Made by a program: the position numbers and the translations under genes
Shown here: positions 18,539 through 28,696 of the stretch, piece after piece
How the letters are laid out: each line of letters starts with the position of its first letter
Position numbering within the stretch: the first letter of the stretch is position 1
Sequence record: SRR16203515_5557
Length of the DNA: 42,722 nucleotides
Reading direction: 5' to 3' (one strand)
The notes under the pieces: model-generated
Databases searched by the model: none
What the model was told of the DNA's origin: nothing
The model's input: only the letters and a program-made list of their open reading frames with translations

Positions 18539-21500
18539 CTACTTCTGTTTATGAAAAAGCCTTTCTACCATCACGTAGAACATAGGCACAAAGAAGATGG
18601 CTAAGAAGGTTGCGGCTATCATTCCGCCCATGACTGCAATACCAATTGCATTCTGACTGGCGGCGCCAGCACCACTGGCCAAGGCTAGCGGCGTAACACC
18701 TAAAATAAACGCCATAGAAGTCATCAATATGGGTCGGAAGCGCTGTGAGGCCGCATTAGAGACTGCCACCATTAAGTCTTCCCCATTCTCGTATTGTTCT
18801 TTGGCAAATTCAACGATTAATATAGCATTCTTGGCAGCAAGACCTACCGTGGTCAAAAATGCCACCTGCAGATAAACGTCGTTGGGTAGCGCAAAGATGA
18901 ACGCAGCGGCCACCGAACCTAAGATACCTAAGGGAACCACCAGCATTACCGCGAAGGGCACTGACCAACTCTCATATAAGGCGGCGAGACACAAGAACAC
19001 CACCAGAATAGAGATGGCATACAACATGGGCGCCTGTGAGCCCGACTGCTGCTCTTCATAAGACAGCCCAGACCATTCGATGGCATAGCCGGCGGGTAAT
19101 TGAGCCACCAGCTTTTCCATTTCCGCCATGGCCTCACCAGAGGAAACCCCCTCTGCCGCACTACCTTGGATATTCACCGACGAGACCCCGTTAAAGCGCT
19201 CAAGTTTAGGCGAACCATACACCCATTCTGTGGTAGCAAAGGTGTTGAAGGCTACCATCTCCCCGTCGCTGTTGCGCACAAACCACTTTTCAAGATCATC
19301 TGGGGTCATACGATGAGGCAGGTCGCCCTGCATATACACCCGCTTAATTCTGCCCTTATCAATAAAGTCGTTCACATAACTTGAGCCCCAGGCAATTTGC
19401 AGCGCACTATTAATATCACTGAGGTTTAACCCCAGTGCGGAGGCTTTTTCACTATCGATATTAATTTTGAATTGGGGCACATCACTTAGGCCGTTAGGAC
19501 GAACCCCGGCTAATTTGGGATTTTGCGCCGCCATACCTAACAATTGATTCCGGGCATTCATCAAGGCTTCATGGCCATTGCCACCACGATCTACCAATTG
19601 CATATCAAAGCCTGTGGCGTTACCTAATTCCATGATCGGCGGTGGAACAATGGGAAACGCGGACGCATCTTCAATTTGGCTAAAGGCACCAAAGGCTCGC
19701 CCCACTACCGCGAATGCGGAGCTATCTTCATCACGTTCGCTCCAGTCATTCAGGTTTAAGAAGGCCATCCCCGCATTCTGTGCTTGCCCTGCAAAGCTAA
19801 ACCCAACCACAGCAAACATGCCATTTACCGCTTCTTGTTCTTGCTCTAAGAAGTAATCTTCTACCTGTTTAATGGACTCGAGGGTACGTCCTGCTGTAGC
19901 CCCTGGGGGGGTACTTACCAATACCATCATACGACCCTGGTCTTCATCGGGTAAAAACGCACCGGGAAGCTGGCTGAAAATAAGCGCCATGCCGCCAACT
20001 AATAGGCCGTACACCATAAAGTAGCGTTTGGCACGCTTAGCCATGTGGGTGGTGGTGCGTTGATAACGATCACGGCCTTTATTAAAGGTGCGATTAAACC
20101 AGCCAAAGAAGCCTTTATTTTTGTCATGGTCTGGATCATGTTGCTTTAACAAGGTGGCACACAGTGAGGGCGATAGCACAATCGCCACTAACACGGAAAA
20201 GCCCATGGCTGACACTATGGTGACCGAGAACTGACGGTATATGGCTCCCGCGGAACCACTGAAAAATGCCATAGGGATAAATACTGTCGACAGTACCGCA
20301 GCAATCCCCACTAGCGCACCGGTAATCTGGCTCATCGACTTTTTCGTCGCTTCCGCTGGCGGTAAGCCTTCCTCTTCCATAATGCGCTCAACGTTTTCCA
20401 CCACCACAATGGCATCGTCCACCAGCAAACCGATGGCCAGTACCATGGCAAACATGGTGAGCACGTTAATACTAAACCCAAAGGCCAGCAGTACTGCAAA
20501 CGTCCCTAACAACACCACAGGTACAGCAATCGTAGGGATAAGGGTGGCGCGCCAGTTTTGTAAAAACAACAGCATCACCAAGAAAACCAATACCACGGCT
20601 TCAATCAGGGTATGCACCACAGACTCTATGGAAAGCTCAATAAAGGGGGAGGCATCTACCGGGTAAACCACTTTTACGCTATCAGGTAAGTTGGCCCGTA
20701 ACTCATCAACCCGCGCTTTTACCGCCTGAATGGTGTCCAGGGCGTTGGCACCTGAGGCTAAGCTAATCGCCATTCCCGACGCTGGGTTTCTGTCGTAGCG
20801 TACAATAACGTCATAGCTTTGCGCGCCAAGCTCTACCCGAGCAACGTCACGCACCCGTACCTGAGACCCATCGGTGTTCACGCGCAACACAATATTTTCA
20901 AAGTCTTCCACGGTTTGCAGGCGACTTTGTGCCTGTATGGTGGCGTTAATTTGCTGATCTTTGATGGCAGGAAGGCCGCCTAACTGACCGGCAGAGACAT
21001 CGGTATTTTGCACCTTCACCGCCGCCTGCACATCCACTGGGGTTAGGTTATAGCTATATAGCTTATCTGGGTCTAACCAAATACGCATAGAGCGCTGGGC
21101 ACCAAATACCCGCACATTGCCCACTCCATTAACCCTAGAAATAGGGTCACGAAACTGGGATACCAGCAAATCACTTAAGTCGTATTGGCTCATGGAGTTA
21201 TCTTCAGAATAAAACCCCACCGCTAACGCAAATGAGCTATTCGACTTAGAAACGGTTACCCCTTGTTGCTGCACTTCGCTAGGCAGTAATGGTAGCGCTG
21301 CTTGGACCTTATTCTGGGTTTGCACTTGCGCAATATCTGGGTCGGTACCAGGCTCAAAGGTGAGGCTAATCGATAAGCTGCTATTTGAGCTGCTGGCGGA
21401 AAAATAACGTAAGTTATCAATCCCCGAGAGGCTTTGCTCAATAACCTGAGTCACCGAGTTTTCAACGGTCTCTGCTGATGCGCCCGGATACGCCGCACTA

Positions 21501-21634
21501 ATGGTAACGGTGGGCGGTGCCACCTTAGGATATTGCTCAATGGGCAGTGAGGTAATGGCCAGTGTGCCAGCCATCATAGTGATTATTGCAAGAACCCAAG
21601 CAAACACGGGTCTGTCGATAAAAAAGCGAGCCAT
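18539..21634 (-). CDS. acrB: RND efflux permease, HAE1 family (AcrB-like)
   Basis: MARFFIDRPVFAWV, GLLVDDAIVVVENVER, AKNAILIVEFA, RFRPILMTS. Confidence 0.95.
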   Translation of the reverse strand: MARFFIDRPVFAWVLAIITMMAGTLAITSLPIEQYPKVAPPTVTISAAYPGASAETVENSVTQVIEQSLSGIDNLRYFSASSSNSSLSISLTFEPGTDPDIAQVQTQNKVQAALPLLPSEVQQQGVTVSKSNSSFALAVGFYSEDNSMSQYDLSDLLVSQFRDPISRVNGVGNVRVFGAQRSMRIWLDPDKLYSYNLTPVDVQAAVKVQNTDVSAGQLGGLPAIKDQQINATIQAQSRLQTVEDFENIVLRVNTDGSQVRVRDVARVELGAQSYDVIVRYDRNPASGMAISLASGANALDTIQAVKARVDELRANLPDSVKVVYPVDASPFIELSIESVVHTLIEAVVLVFLVMLLFLQNWRATLIPTIAVPVVLLGTFAVLLAFGFSINVLTMFAMVLAIGLLVDDAIVVVENVERIMEEEGLPPAEATKKSMSQITGALVGIAAVLSTVFIPMAFFSGSAGAIYRQFSVTIVSAMGFSVLVAIVLSPSLCATLLKQHDPDHDKNKGFFGWFNRTFNKGRDRYQRTTTHMAKRAKRYFMVYGLLVGGMALIFSQLPGAFLPDEDQGRMMVLVSTPPGATAGRTLESIKQVEDYFLEQEQEAVNGMFAVVGFSFAGQAQNAGMAFLNLNDWSERDEDSSAFAVVGRAFGAFSQIEDASAFPIVPPPIMELGNATGFDMQLVDRGGNGHEALMNARNQLLGMAAQNPKLAGVRPNGLSDVPQFKINIDSEKASALGLNLSDINSALQIAWGSSYVNDFIDKGRIKRVYMQGDLPHRMTPDDLEKWFVRNSDGEMVAFNTFATTEWVYGSPKLERFNGVSSVNIQGSAAEGVSSGEAMAEMEKLVAQLPAGYAIEWSGLSYEEQQSGSQAPMLYAISILVVFLCLAALYESWSVPFAVMLVVPLGILGSVAAAFIFALPNDVYLQVAFLTTVGLAAKNAILIVEFAKEQYENGEDLMVAVSNAASQRFRPILMTSMAFILGVTPLALASGAGAASQNAIGIAVMGGMIAATFLAIFFVPMFYVMVERLFHKQK

Positions 21635-21655
21635 AGTGTTTAATTCCTTGCTTGC

Positions 21656-22798
21656 TTAACGTGAGCCACGTGATGAAGGTTGCCATTCGCTAGCGTTCAC
21701 TTTGCTACCTGGCTTCACTTTTTGATACCCAGTGACGATGAGGCGATCGCCTTCTTTCACACCTTGGGTTACCACATACTGATCTTTGTAGGTGTTGCGC
21801 ACCGTTAATTTACGGGCTTCTACTTCTTCATTGCTGTTTACCACGTACACGCTTAGTGAACCATCTGGCTGACGGGTAGCCGCGCGCTGTGGCACCAATA
21901 ATGCGTTCTCTTTGCTGGTGATCACATGGCCTTTCACAAAAAGGCCTGGTAACAATAAACCATCAGGGTTCGGCATTTCTGCACGCAGGGTCACTGAGCC
22001 TGTACCTTGATCCACAGTGACCTCGGAGAATTTCACACTGCCAGTATGCGGGTATTTCTCACCCGTGCTCTCATTTAAAGTCAACTCTACGGGCATGGCC
22101 CCTTGTGACTTCATTTGTTGACGTAGCGTGAGTATGGACTTCCCCGACTCTTGCATATCGATGTATACGGGGTCTAACTGGGTGATAGTTGCTAATTGCT
22201 GGGTTTGATTGGTGGTAACCAGGGTACCCTCAGTTACGTATGAACGACTGATTTGGCCGCTGATAGGCGCGTATACCTTGGTGTAATCCACATTCACTTT
22301 GGCTAGTGCAACTGACGCTTCTGCCACACTAATAGCAGCTTGAGCTTGCTCTTTTTGTGCCACTACATCATCGAGTTCCTGACGGCTAATGGCATTCTTT
22401 TTAATAAGATCATCGTAACGACGGGCTTTCGCCTCCAAGGTTTTTAAATTGGCCTTGGCACTTTTCACATCGGCGATGGCACTATTTAACTGGGCACGAT
22501 AGCGCGCTTCATCAATTTGATACAGTTGATCACCCTTTTCAACTTGCGCACCTTCTTCAAATAACCGCTGGATAATCACTCCATCAACCTGCGGACGCAC
22601 TTGAGATTGCCGTGATGGCGTGACACGACCGGGAAGCACCATCTCGTGGGTAACCGCTTGCTTGGTTAATGTCAGTACCGATACTGATGTCGCAGGTCGA
22701 GCCTGCGGCGTCGCGGCTTCTTGCTGCGATTCTTGTGAGCAACCGATGACGCTTAATAGCGTGAACATGGCAACAATAATGTGTAGTACGCGACTCAT
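21656..22798 (-). CDS. acrA: RND periplasmic adaptor lipoprotein (AcrA-like)
   Basis: Likely ATG at 22798 (ORF track extends to 22816); lipobox VIGC; VRPQVDG, VYAPISG, QLDPVYID, LLPGLFV. Confidence 0.93.
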   Translation of the reverse strand: MSRVLHIIVAMFTLLSVIGCSQESQQEAATPQARPATSVSVLTLTKQAVTHEMVLPGRVTPSRQSQVRPQVDGVIIQRLFEEGAQVEKGDQLYQIDEARYRAQLNSAIADVKSAKANLKTLEAKARRYDDLIKKNAISRQELDDVVAQKEQAQAAISVAEASVALAKVNVDYTKVYAPISGQISRSYVTEGTLVTTNQTQQLATITQLDPVYIDMQESGKSILTLRQQMKSQGAMPVELTLNESTGEKYPHTGSVKFSEVTVDQGTGSVTLRAEMPNPDGLLLPGLFVKGHVITSKENALLVPQRAATRQPDGSLSVYVVNSNEEVEARKLTVRNTYKDQYVVTQGVKEGDRLIVTGYQKVKPGSKVNASEWQPSSRGSR

Positions 22799-23098
22799 AT
22801 ATTTTCTCAATCTCAATAGCCATTTATCACAAGTAAACCCATTGATTTACCTGTCGTTAAAAGTGAACCGTATAACCTCAGGCTTGCTTGTACTACGCCT
22901 GATATGTGGGCATTCTAACCATGCTTTAAGAATGCCAGTATTACTAAACGGGGAGTGAAGTATTAGTAGTAACCAGCTATTGTGCATAGTCGCACAACAG
23001 ATTAATAGTTTTGATAGTTAAACCTTACAATCTTATCGTTCAATTACCACTTATTTGTACATAACTCTTTCATTTACAAATCATTAACCTTGTTCCCA

Positions 23099-23782
23099 TT
23101 ACGACGCCGATAATAAGCGGTAAGCTTGGATCACCGCCTGCGCGTCTGCCACGCTACCGCCTTTATCAGGGTGCGCTTTAGCGAGGGCTTTTCGGTAATG
23201 CCGTTTAAGTTGTTTACTGTGCGGCAGACCATCTTGTTCAAAGTCTTGTGTATTTTCTGGGTCTATTCCTAAAGTTCGATAGGCATCATCACGTTGTTGC
23301 TTGGAAACACAGGTGGGTTGATGACTGCCCATACGCCACCAGAAATCGTCTAATAGGGCGTCTACATCCGCTTTATGGGTGTTTTCAAAATGCTGCCAGT
23401 CGAGGTAATAGCGTGCCAAGGGATCTTGAGGGGCCAGGTGCTCTGCACTGTTCTCATTGCTGTTCTCCACACCTGCCGTTTCCTGTGAGGCAGGCGTGGT
23501 AATGGGCCTGAGGATTATCTTAGTGGTGTGGATGTCCAGTTCGCCCACCCCTTGTTGCCGCCAGTGTGCTTGCAATCGATATAAGGCATGGAATAACACA
23601 AAATGAGTTTTAAATAGCATCAAGGGGTCACGAAGGGCAGCGTTTTGGAATATTTCATAGGGAGGCTGCTGCAACACCTTAATAAGGTCGAACTCACTGA
23701 TCCCTTCGCGAAACCTAGCGTGCATCACACTCAAGCTATCAATTAATAAGGTTATATCTTGCTCATCGTGCCCACTCATCAA
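23099..23782 (-). CDS. DnaJ-related protein (N-terminal DNAJ-related domain, C-terminal J-domain)
   Basis: LFKTHFVLFHALYRLQ, PLARYYLDW, LLDDFW; C-terminal HPDKGG. Confidence 0.85.
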   Translation of the reverse strand: MMSGHDEQDITLLIDSLSVMHARFREGISEFDLIKVLQQPPYEIFQNAALRDPLMLFKTHFVLFHALYRLQAHWRQQGVGELDIHTTKIILRPITTPASQETAGVENSNENSAEHLAPQDPLARYYLDWQHFENTHKADVDALLDDFWWRMGSHQPTCVSKQQRDDAYRTLGIDPENTQDFEQDGLPHSKQLKRHYRKALAKAHPDKGGSVADAQAVIQAYRLLSAS

Positions 23783-23903
23783 CGTCTCCTTGCCATCCTA
23801 CACTATCTTACTGACACAATTTTCATGCTAAAACTGAACCTATTGCTGCCATTCGCTGTTAAAGTAACCTAATCGACAGCAACAATAATAATTAGGAGCT
23901 CTC

Positions 23904-24620
23904 TTGAAAGCACTTATTGCCCTTACCAGTATCGTTGGTTTTTTAATGGTTACCCTACCGGGCCCATTGTATCAGTATGCTGGCGTAAGCCTTGGTACTG
24001 CATTCACCTCACTGCGCTTTGGTGTTTACGTAGGAGGCGCAGCCCTTGTTCTCATCATTCTACAGATACTTATAAAGCGTAAAAGCGTTAACTGGGGCAG
24101 CACCCTAGTATGTGCTTTATTGGCAGGCGTTGCCGTGGCCATGCCGGTAAGTATGATGAGCAAAGCGGGTTCGGTACCGCCTATCCACGATATTAGCACT
24201 CACGTTACCAACCCACCGCAGTTTGTTGCCATTGCGCCTTTACGTGAAAACGCCCCTAACCCGATAAGCTATGAGGGAGGCGATATCACTAAGCAGCAGC
24301 TAGAAGCTTACCCTGAGATTAAAACGCAACAATTTCCGCAGGCTATTGATACAGTATATGCAGCAGCTGAACGGGCCATTGCGCAGTTAGGCTGGGAGCG
24401 TGTGATAGAAGGCGCACTGCCTAATACCCTTGAAGCCACAGATACCACTACCTGGTTTGGTTTTAAAGACGATGTCGTGATTCGATTGACGGCGCAAGGC
24501 GATAATACCTTAGTGGATGCACGCAGCAAGTCGCGGGTGGGTAAAAGCGATTTAGGCAAAAATGCCGAGCGTATCCATACGTTTTTAGCAGAGTTGCGGG
24601 CGCAACTAGCGAACGACTAA
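23904..24620 (+). CDS. DUF1499-domain membrane protein
   Basis: TTG start with AGGAG RBS; PPIHDIST, WFGFKDDVVIR, DARSKSRVGKSDLGKNAERI. Confidence 0.88.
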   Translation: MKALIALTSIVGFLMVTLPGPLYQYAGVSLGTAFTSLRFGVYVGGAALVLIILQILIKRKSVNWGSTLVCALLAGVAVAMPVSMMSKAGSVPPIHDISTHVTNPPQFVAIAPLRENAPNPISYEGGDITKQQLEAYPEIKTQQFPQAIDTVYAAAERAIAQLGWERVIEGALPNTLEATDTTTWFGFKDDVVIRLTAQGDNTLVDARSKSRVGKSDLGKNAERIHTFLAELRAQLAND

Positions 24621-24640
24621 CCCCTTACTATAAATTTAAC

Positions 24641-24681
24641 ACGCCGGTAATAGTGAAATGCTCACTGATACCGGCGTTTTT
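24641..24681 (+). terminator. Rho-independent terminator
   Basis: ACGCCGGTA...TACCGGCGT stem with an inner AGTGA/TCACT stem, followed by a T-run. Confidence 0.75.
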
Positions 24682-24697
24682 GTATTTACCTGCTAAC

Positions 24698-25300
24698 TTA
24701 CAAACTGGCTAACTGCACACTCACTAAGCCTAATACGGCCGCATTACCACGATTGAACCACCGCCAAAAGGTGGGCCGTTGCATATGATGGGCAAAACGA
24801 GCGGTCAGTGTACTTACCCCGACAAACCACAACACCGAAGCCGTAATGGCTCCAGCCACAAACCACCACTTATCTTGCTGCCACTGACTAGCTAAATTTC
24901 CCATCAGCAGTAGGGTATCTAAATAAAAATGTGGGTTAAGCCAAGTCACCGCTAATGCAATCAACAGGGCTTTTTTAAACGATAGTGCTTTCTTTGCGCT
25001 GGCGAGCACCAAGCTATCATCGGCCAGTGAGGCCTTCACCTTGTTAAAGGCTATCCACAGCAAAAACACCACACCCGCCCACTTAGTCATGGAAATTAAC
25101 GTAGGGTATTGTTGCAGCAGCAACCCGAATCCCATCGCGCCTAAGCTGATAGAAATGGCGTCACTTACAATAAACAGCAACACGAATAACCCTGTCCACT
25201 GACGTTTCAACGACTGCTCTATCAAAAAGCTGTTTTGTGCCCCCACCGCTATGATCAGGGTGCCTCCCATAACTAATCCACTTATTGCCGCCGCAATCAT
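24698..25300 (-). CDS. argO: LysE/ArgO-family amino acid exporter
   Basis: LIIAVGAQNSF, VTWLNPHFYLDT; divergent from an ArgP-like LysR gene. Confidence 0.88.
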   Translation of the reverse strand: MIAAAISGLVMGGTLIIAVGAQNSFLIEQSLKRQWTGLFVLLFIVSDAISISLGAMGFGLLLQQYPTLISMTKWAGVVFLLWIAFNKVKASLADDSLVLASAKKALSFKKALLIALAVTWLNPHFYLDTLLLMGNLASQWQQDKWWFVAGAITASVLWFVGVSTLTARFAHHMQRPTFWRWFNRGNAAVLGLVSVQLASL

Positions 25301-25364
25301 GTCTCTTTACCTTATGTTAATCATCTACGCTTGCCAGTTCATGAGGGCATTCTATACACTGGGG

Positions 25365-25420
25365 AAAACTTAATTAAATTAATGATATTTGTTTTATATT
25401 AATATAATTAATATTAGTAA
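25365..25420. promoter_or_regulatory. AT-rich divergent promoter with a probable LysR (ArgP) site
   Basis: Nearly pure A/T tract containing the dyad TATTAATATAATTAATA between the exporter and the LysR gene. Confidence 0.5.
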
Positions 25421-25444
25421 CACCCATTTCACAGAGAGCCTGAG

Positions 25445-26329
25445 ATGCTTGATTACGATGCACTGCGCTGTTTAAGTGAAGTTATTCGCTATGGCGGTTT
25501 TGAACGGGGCGCCCAGGCGCTAAACCTCACCCAATCGGCGGTTTCACAGAAAATAAAACGCTTAGAGCAACGCGTGGGAGGGCCGGTATTGGTGCGCACT
25601 AAACCATTAAAGCCCACTCCCTTAGGGCGAGAGTTACTCAGCCACTTTCAAAAAGTTAGCGTGTTGGAAGAAGCCCTTAATATCCAAAGTGGCTTACAAG
25701 TCAGTGCCTCTCCCATCAGTGTGGCCGTGAACAATGATGTATTAGCAACGTGGTTTTCCCAGGTACTAGCTGAGTTTAGTCAAAGCCGCGCTAATCCCGT
25801 GCACATATACAACGCCGATCAAACCCAAACCCGGGATAAACTGCAACAAGGCCAAGTGATGGCCTGTATCAGTCAAACCGGCACGCCCATTACCGGCGGT
25901 CAATCAATTCGCTTAGGCACCATGCATTATCAGCTTTATGCATCACCGGCCTATATTGCGCGCTACTTACCAGCCCAGCCTACTCCGCAAGACATTATGC
26001 AAAGCCCTGGTTTACTGTACGATGAATACGATGTCACCTTGCTCGGCGACTATCAGCAAGCGTGCTTTAATCTTGCGCCTTCCTTTACTCGCTGCCACTG
26101 GTATCCGTCTTCCCATGGTTTTGTAAAAATGGCGGTCGATGGGGTGGCATGGGCATTATTGCCCACATTGCAGGTAGTGAATGAAGTGAAAAATGGCGAA
26201 TTAGTCTCGTTATTCCCTCATAAGTCGTTGGGGGTTCCCCTATTTTGGCATTGGGCTAGTTTAGACTCTGGTGCCCTGAGCGATCTCACTGCTGCAGTTA
26301 AACGGGTGGCGAAAGCTCAATTACAATAG
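25445..26329 (+). CDS. argP: LysR-family regulator ArgP/LysG
   Basis: MLDY...GFERGAQALNLTQSAVSQKIKRLE HTH; AVNNDVLATWF, PSSHGFV and PLFWHW are ArgP-like. Confidence 0.88.
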   Translation: MLDYDALRCLSEVIRYGGFERGAQALNLTQSAVSQKIKRLEQRVGGPVLVRTKPLKPTPLGRELLSHFQKVSVLEEALNIQSGLQVSASPISVAVNNDVLATWFSQVLAEFSQSRANPVHIYNADQTQTRDKLQQGQVMACISQTGTPITGGQSIRLGTMHYQLYASPAYIARYLPAQPTPQDIMQSPGLLYDEYDVTLLGDYQQACFNLAPSFTRCHWYPSSHGFVKMAVDGVAWALLPTLQVVNEVKNGELVSLFPHKSLGVPLFWHWASLDSGALSDLTAAVKRVAKAQLQ

Positions 26330-26619
26330 GGGTTGCATGCAGATCCCATGGTAGCACGCTGACACACCTCATCGTGCTTGCGCCTTTTATTTACTGTCAA
26401 ATGCCCAATATAAGCGACCACTTACGCTAAAGCCATTGGGTTACTTGAGATAATCTTAGCCGCCAACAAATACGTCTGCCCCGCTTAATAAGTAAGGCCG
26501 TGGCGTATAAGGTTTATAACGACCATTGCCACGGCTGTCAGCTTAGCAAAATAGTTGCGTCTAAAATGCCTCGCTAATCGTTATATTTATCAATCATCCG
26601 TTTTTCTGCATGGGCTTTT

Positions 26620-28680
26620 ATGTTTACTCAAGGTGCTTTTCCGTTTCATTTATTGTGGTTTTCTATGCTGTTTAGTGGGTCTTCTTTTGCCCTTGATGAT
26701 GTGTCTGCGGATGTGGAGCGCATTCGTATTAAAGGCGATGTCACTACTCAAACAGGAGAGTTTATTTCTGCTTCTCAAGGCTGGGTGTCAGGCGAAACCT
26801 TGGTAGAGCGGCCAATGTTGCGTACTGGCGAAATGTTGGAATTTATTCCCGGCATGATGGTGACCCAGCACAGCGGCTCAGGTAAAGCGAACCAATATTT
26901 TCTTCGTGGCTTTAACCTCGACCATGGCACCGACTTTGCCGTAAGTGTCGATGGCATGCCAATTAATATGCGCAGTCATGGGCATGGACAGGGCTATTCA
27001 GACTTAAACTTTGTTATCCCAGAAATGGTGGACAACCTCAGTTACTTTAAAGGCACTTACTACGCTAACATTGGCGATTTCTCCAGTGCTGGCGGCGCCT
27101 ATTTCAACTTAAAAAACAGCTTTGAGCAGCAACAGTTTTTTCTCACCGTAGGAGAAAATAACTACCGTCGCGGGGTAAGCCTAAATAGTGCCAACATCGG
27201 CGATGCTACCGCTATTGCCGCTACCGAGTACCAAACATACGATGGCCCCTGGACTGACGTGAGTGAAGATGTTGATAAGAAAAATGCCAACATTCGCATA
27301 GTCACGCCACTCTTTGATGGCGAGTTAAGTGTTACCGCCATGGCCTATGACAACAACTGGAACGGTGCCGATCAAGTGCCAGCCCGTGCCATCAGCGAAG
27401 GTATTATTGACCGTTTAGGTGCTATTGATACTGATGTCGGAGGCGAGGCATCCCGCTATAGCCTATCGGCAAATTATAACAGCGACACCTTCAACGCCAG
27501 CGTCTATGCCATAGATACAGATCTGTCGCTGTTTTCCAACTTCACCTACTTTCTCGATAACTCAGACAAGGGCGATCAGTTTGAACAAGCCGATGACAGA
27601 AAAATTTATGGTGGTGAGCTTTATACCACGTTAGACCTTCCCATTAGTGAAGGAAGCACCGTCACCTTAGGCGGTCAGTGGCGATTTGATGATATTGATA
27701 ATGTGGGGCTTTACCGCACCACTAATCTAGTTAGAACCGGTGTTATTCGCGAAGATGAGATACAAAGTCGCTCTTACGCGAGCTTTATTCAAGCTAACCT
27801 TGTGCTCTTCGATGATCTTACTTTGTCACTCGGTGGCCGCTATGATTATTTAGATGTGGCGGTAAATAGCAACCTAGCGGCTAATAGCGGTAACAAAAGT
27901 GAAGACTTACCAACCTTAAAGGCAGCACTAAAGTATTCTCTGTCTGAAACCCTTACTGCCTTTGCTAACATTGGCGAAGGGTTTCATTCTAACGATGCTC
28001 GGGGGGCGACTATACAAATAGACCCCGTATCGGGGGAGGCAACAGAGCCTGCGCCCCTGCTGGTGAAATCCTTAGGCTATGAAGCTGGCATTCATTGGAC
28101 AGACAATCAAACCTACAATGTATCCACTGCCCTCTGGCAACTGGAATTAGACAGCGAACTCGTTTACGTTGGCGACGCTGGGTTTACAGAAGCCAGTCGC
28201 CCGTCTAAGCGCTATGGTATTGAATTTAGCGCTTACTACTGGGTTAGTCATCACTTCACTGCCGACATTGAAGCAGCATGGACCATAGCCCGCTTTAGTG
28301 ACACAGTGACAGGAGAAGGACGTCATATCGATGGCACCGTTCCTGTGGTGGTAAGTGCAGGGGGAACTTGGTATCAACAAAGTGACCAACAAGGGTTACG
28401 CTATACCTTACGGGCACGTTACTTAAGTTCGCGCACGGTAGACAGTTACGATGCAATATCTCCGCCCTCCACCTTTTTATTAAATACCCAACTTGCCTAC
28501 ACCAAAGATAATTGGCAGGTAGGCGTAGAGGTGCTGAACTTGCTTGATAGTGACGCCCACGATATCGATTACTATTATGCTTCTCGCTTACCCGGTGAAC
28601 CTGAAGAGGGTGTCGAAGACTTACACTACCACCCGGTAGAGCCTCGTACTGTGCGACTGACACTGGTGGTTAATTATTAA
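26620..28680 (+). CDS. TonB-dependent outer-membrane receptor
   Basis: Signal peptide; plug motif PGMMVTQHSGSGKANQYFLRGFNLDHGTDF; NLLD...PRTVRL and a terminal aromatic residue. Confidence 0.93.
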   Translation: MFTQGAFPFHLLWFSMLFSGSSFALDDVSADVERIRIKGDVTTQTGEFISASQGWVSGETLVERPMLRTGEMLEFIPGMMVTQHSGSGKANQYFLRGFNLDHGTDFAVSVDGMPINMRSHGHGQGYSDLNFVIPEMVDNLSYFKGTYYANIGDFSSAGGAYFNLKNSFEQQQFFLTVGENNYRRGVSLNSANIGDATAIAATEYQTYDGPWTDVSEDVDKKNANIRIVTPLFDGELSVTAMAYDNNWNGADQVPARAISEGIIDRLGAIDTDVGGEASRYSLSANYNSDTFNASVYAIDTDLSLFSNFTYFLDNSDKGDQFEQADDRKIYGGELYTTLDLPISEGSTVTLGGQWRFDDIDNVGLYRTTNLVRTGVIREDEIQSRSYASFIQANLVLFDDLTLSLGGRYDYLDVAVNSNLAANSGNKSEDLPTLKAALKYSLSETLTAFANIGEGFHSNDARGATIQIDPVSGEATEPAPLLVKSLGYEAGIHWTDNQTYNVSTALWQLELDSELVYVGDAGFTEASRPSKRYGIEFSAYYWVSHHFTADIEAAWTIARFSDTVTGEGRHIDGTVPVVVSAGGTWYQQSDQQGLRYTLRARYLSSRTVDSYDAISPPSTFLLNTQLAYTKDNWQVGVEVLNLLDSDAHDIDYYYASRLPGEPEEGVEDLHYHPVEPRTVRLTLVVNY

Positions 28681-28696
28681 GACAGCATGAGCCGAC

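Noticed and set aside
26330-26619. Cobalamin riboswitch before the TonB receptor
   Set aside because: No B12-box or GGGAA...GGTG core is recognisable.
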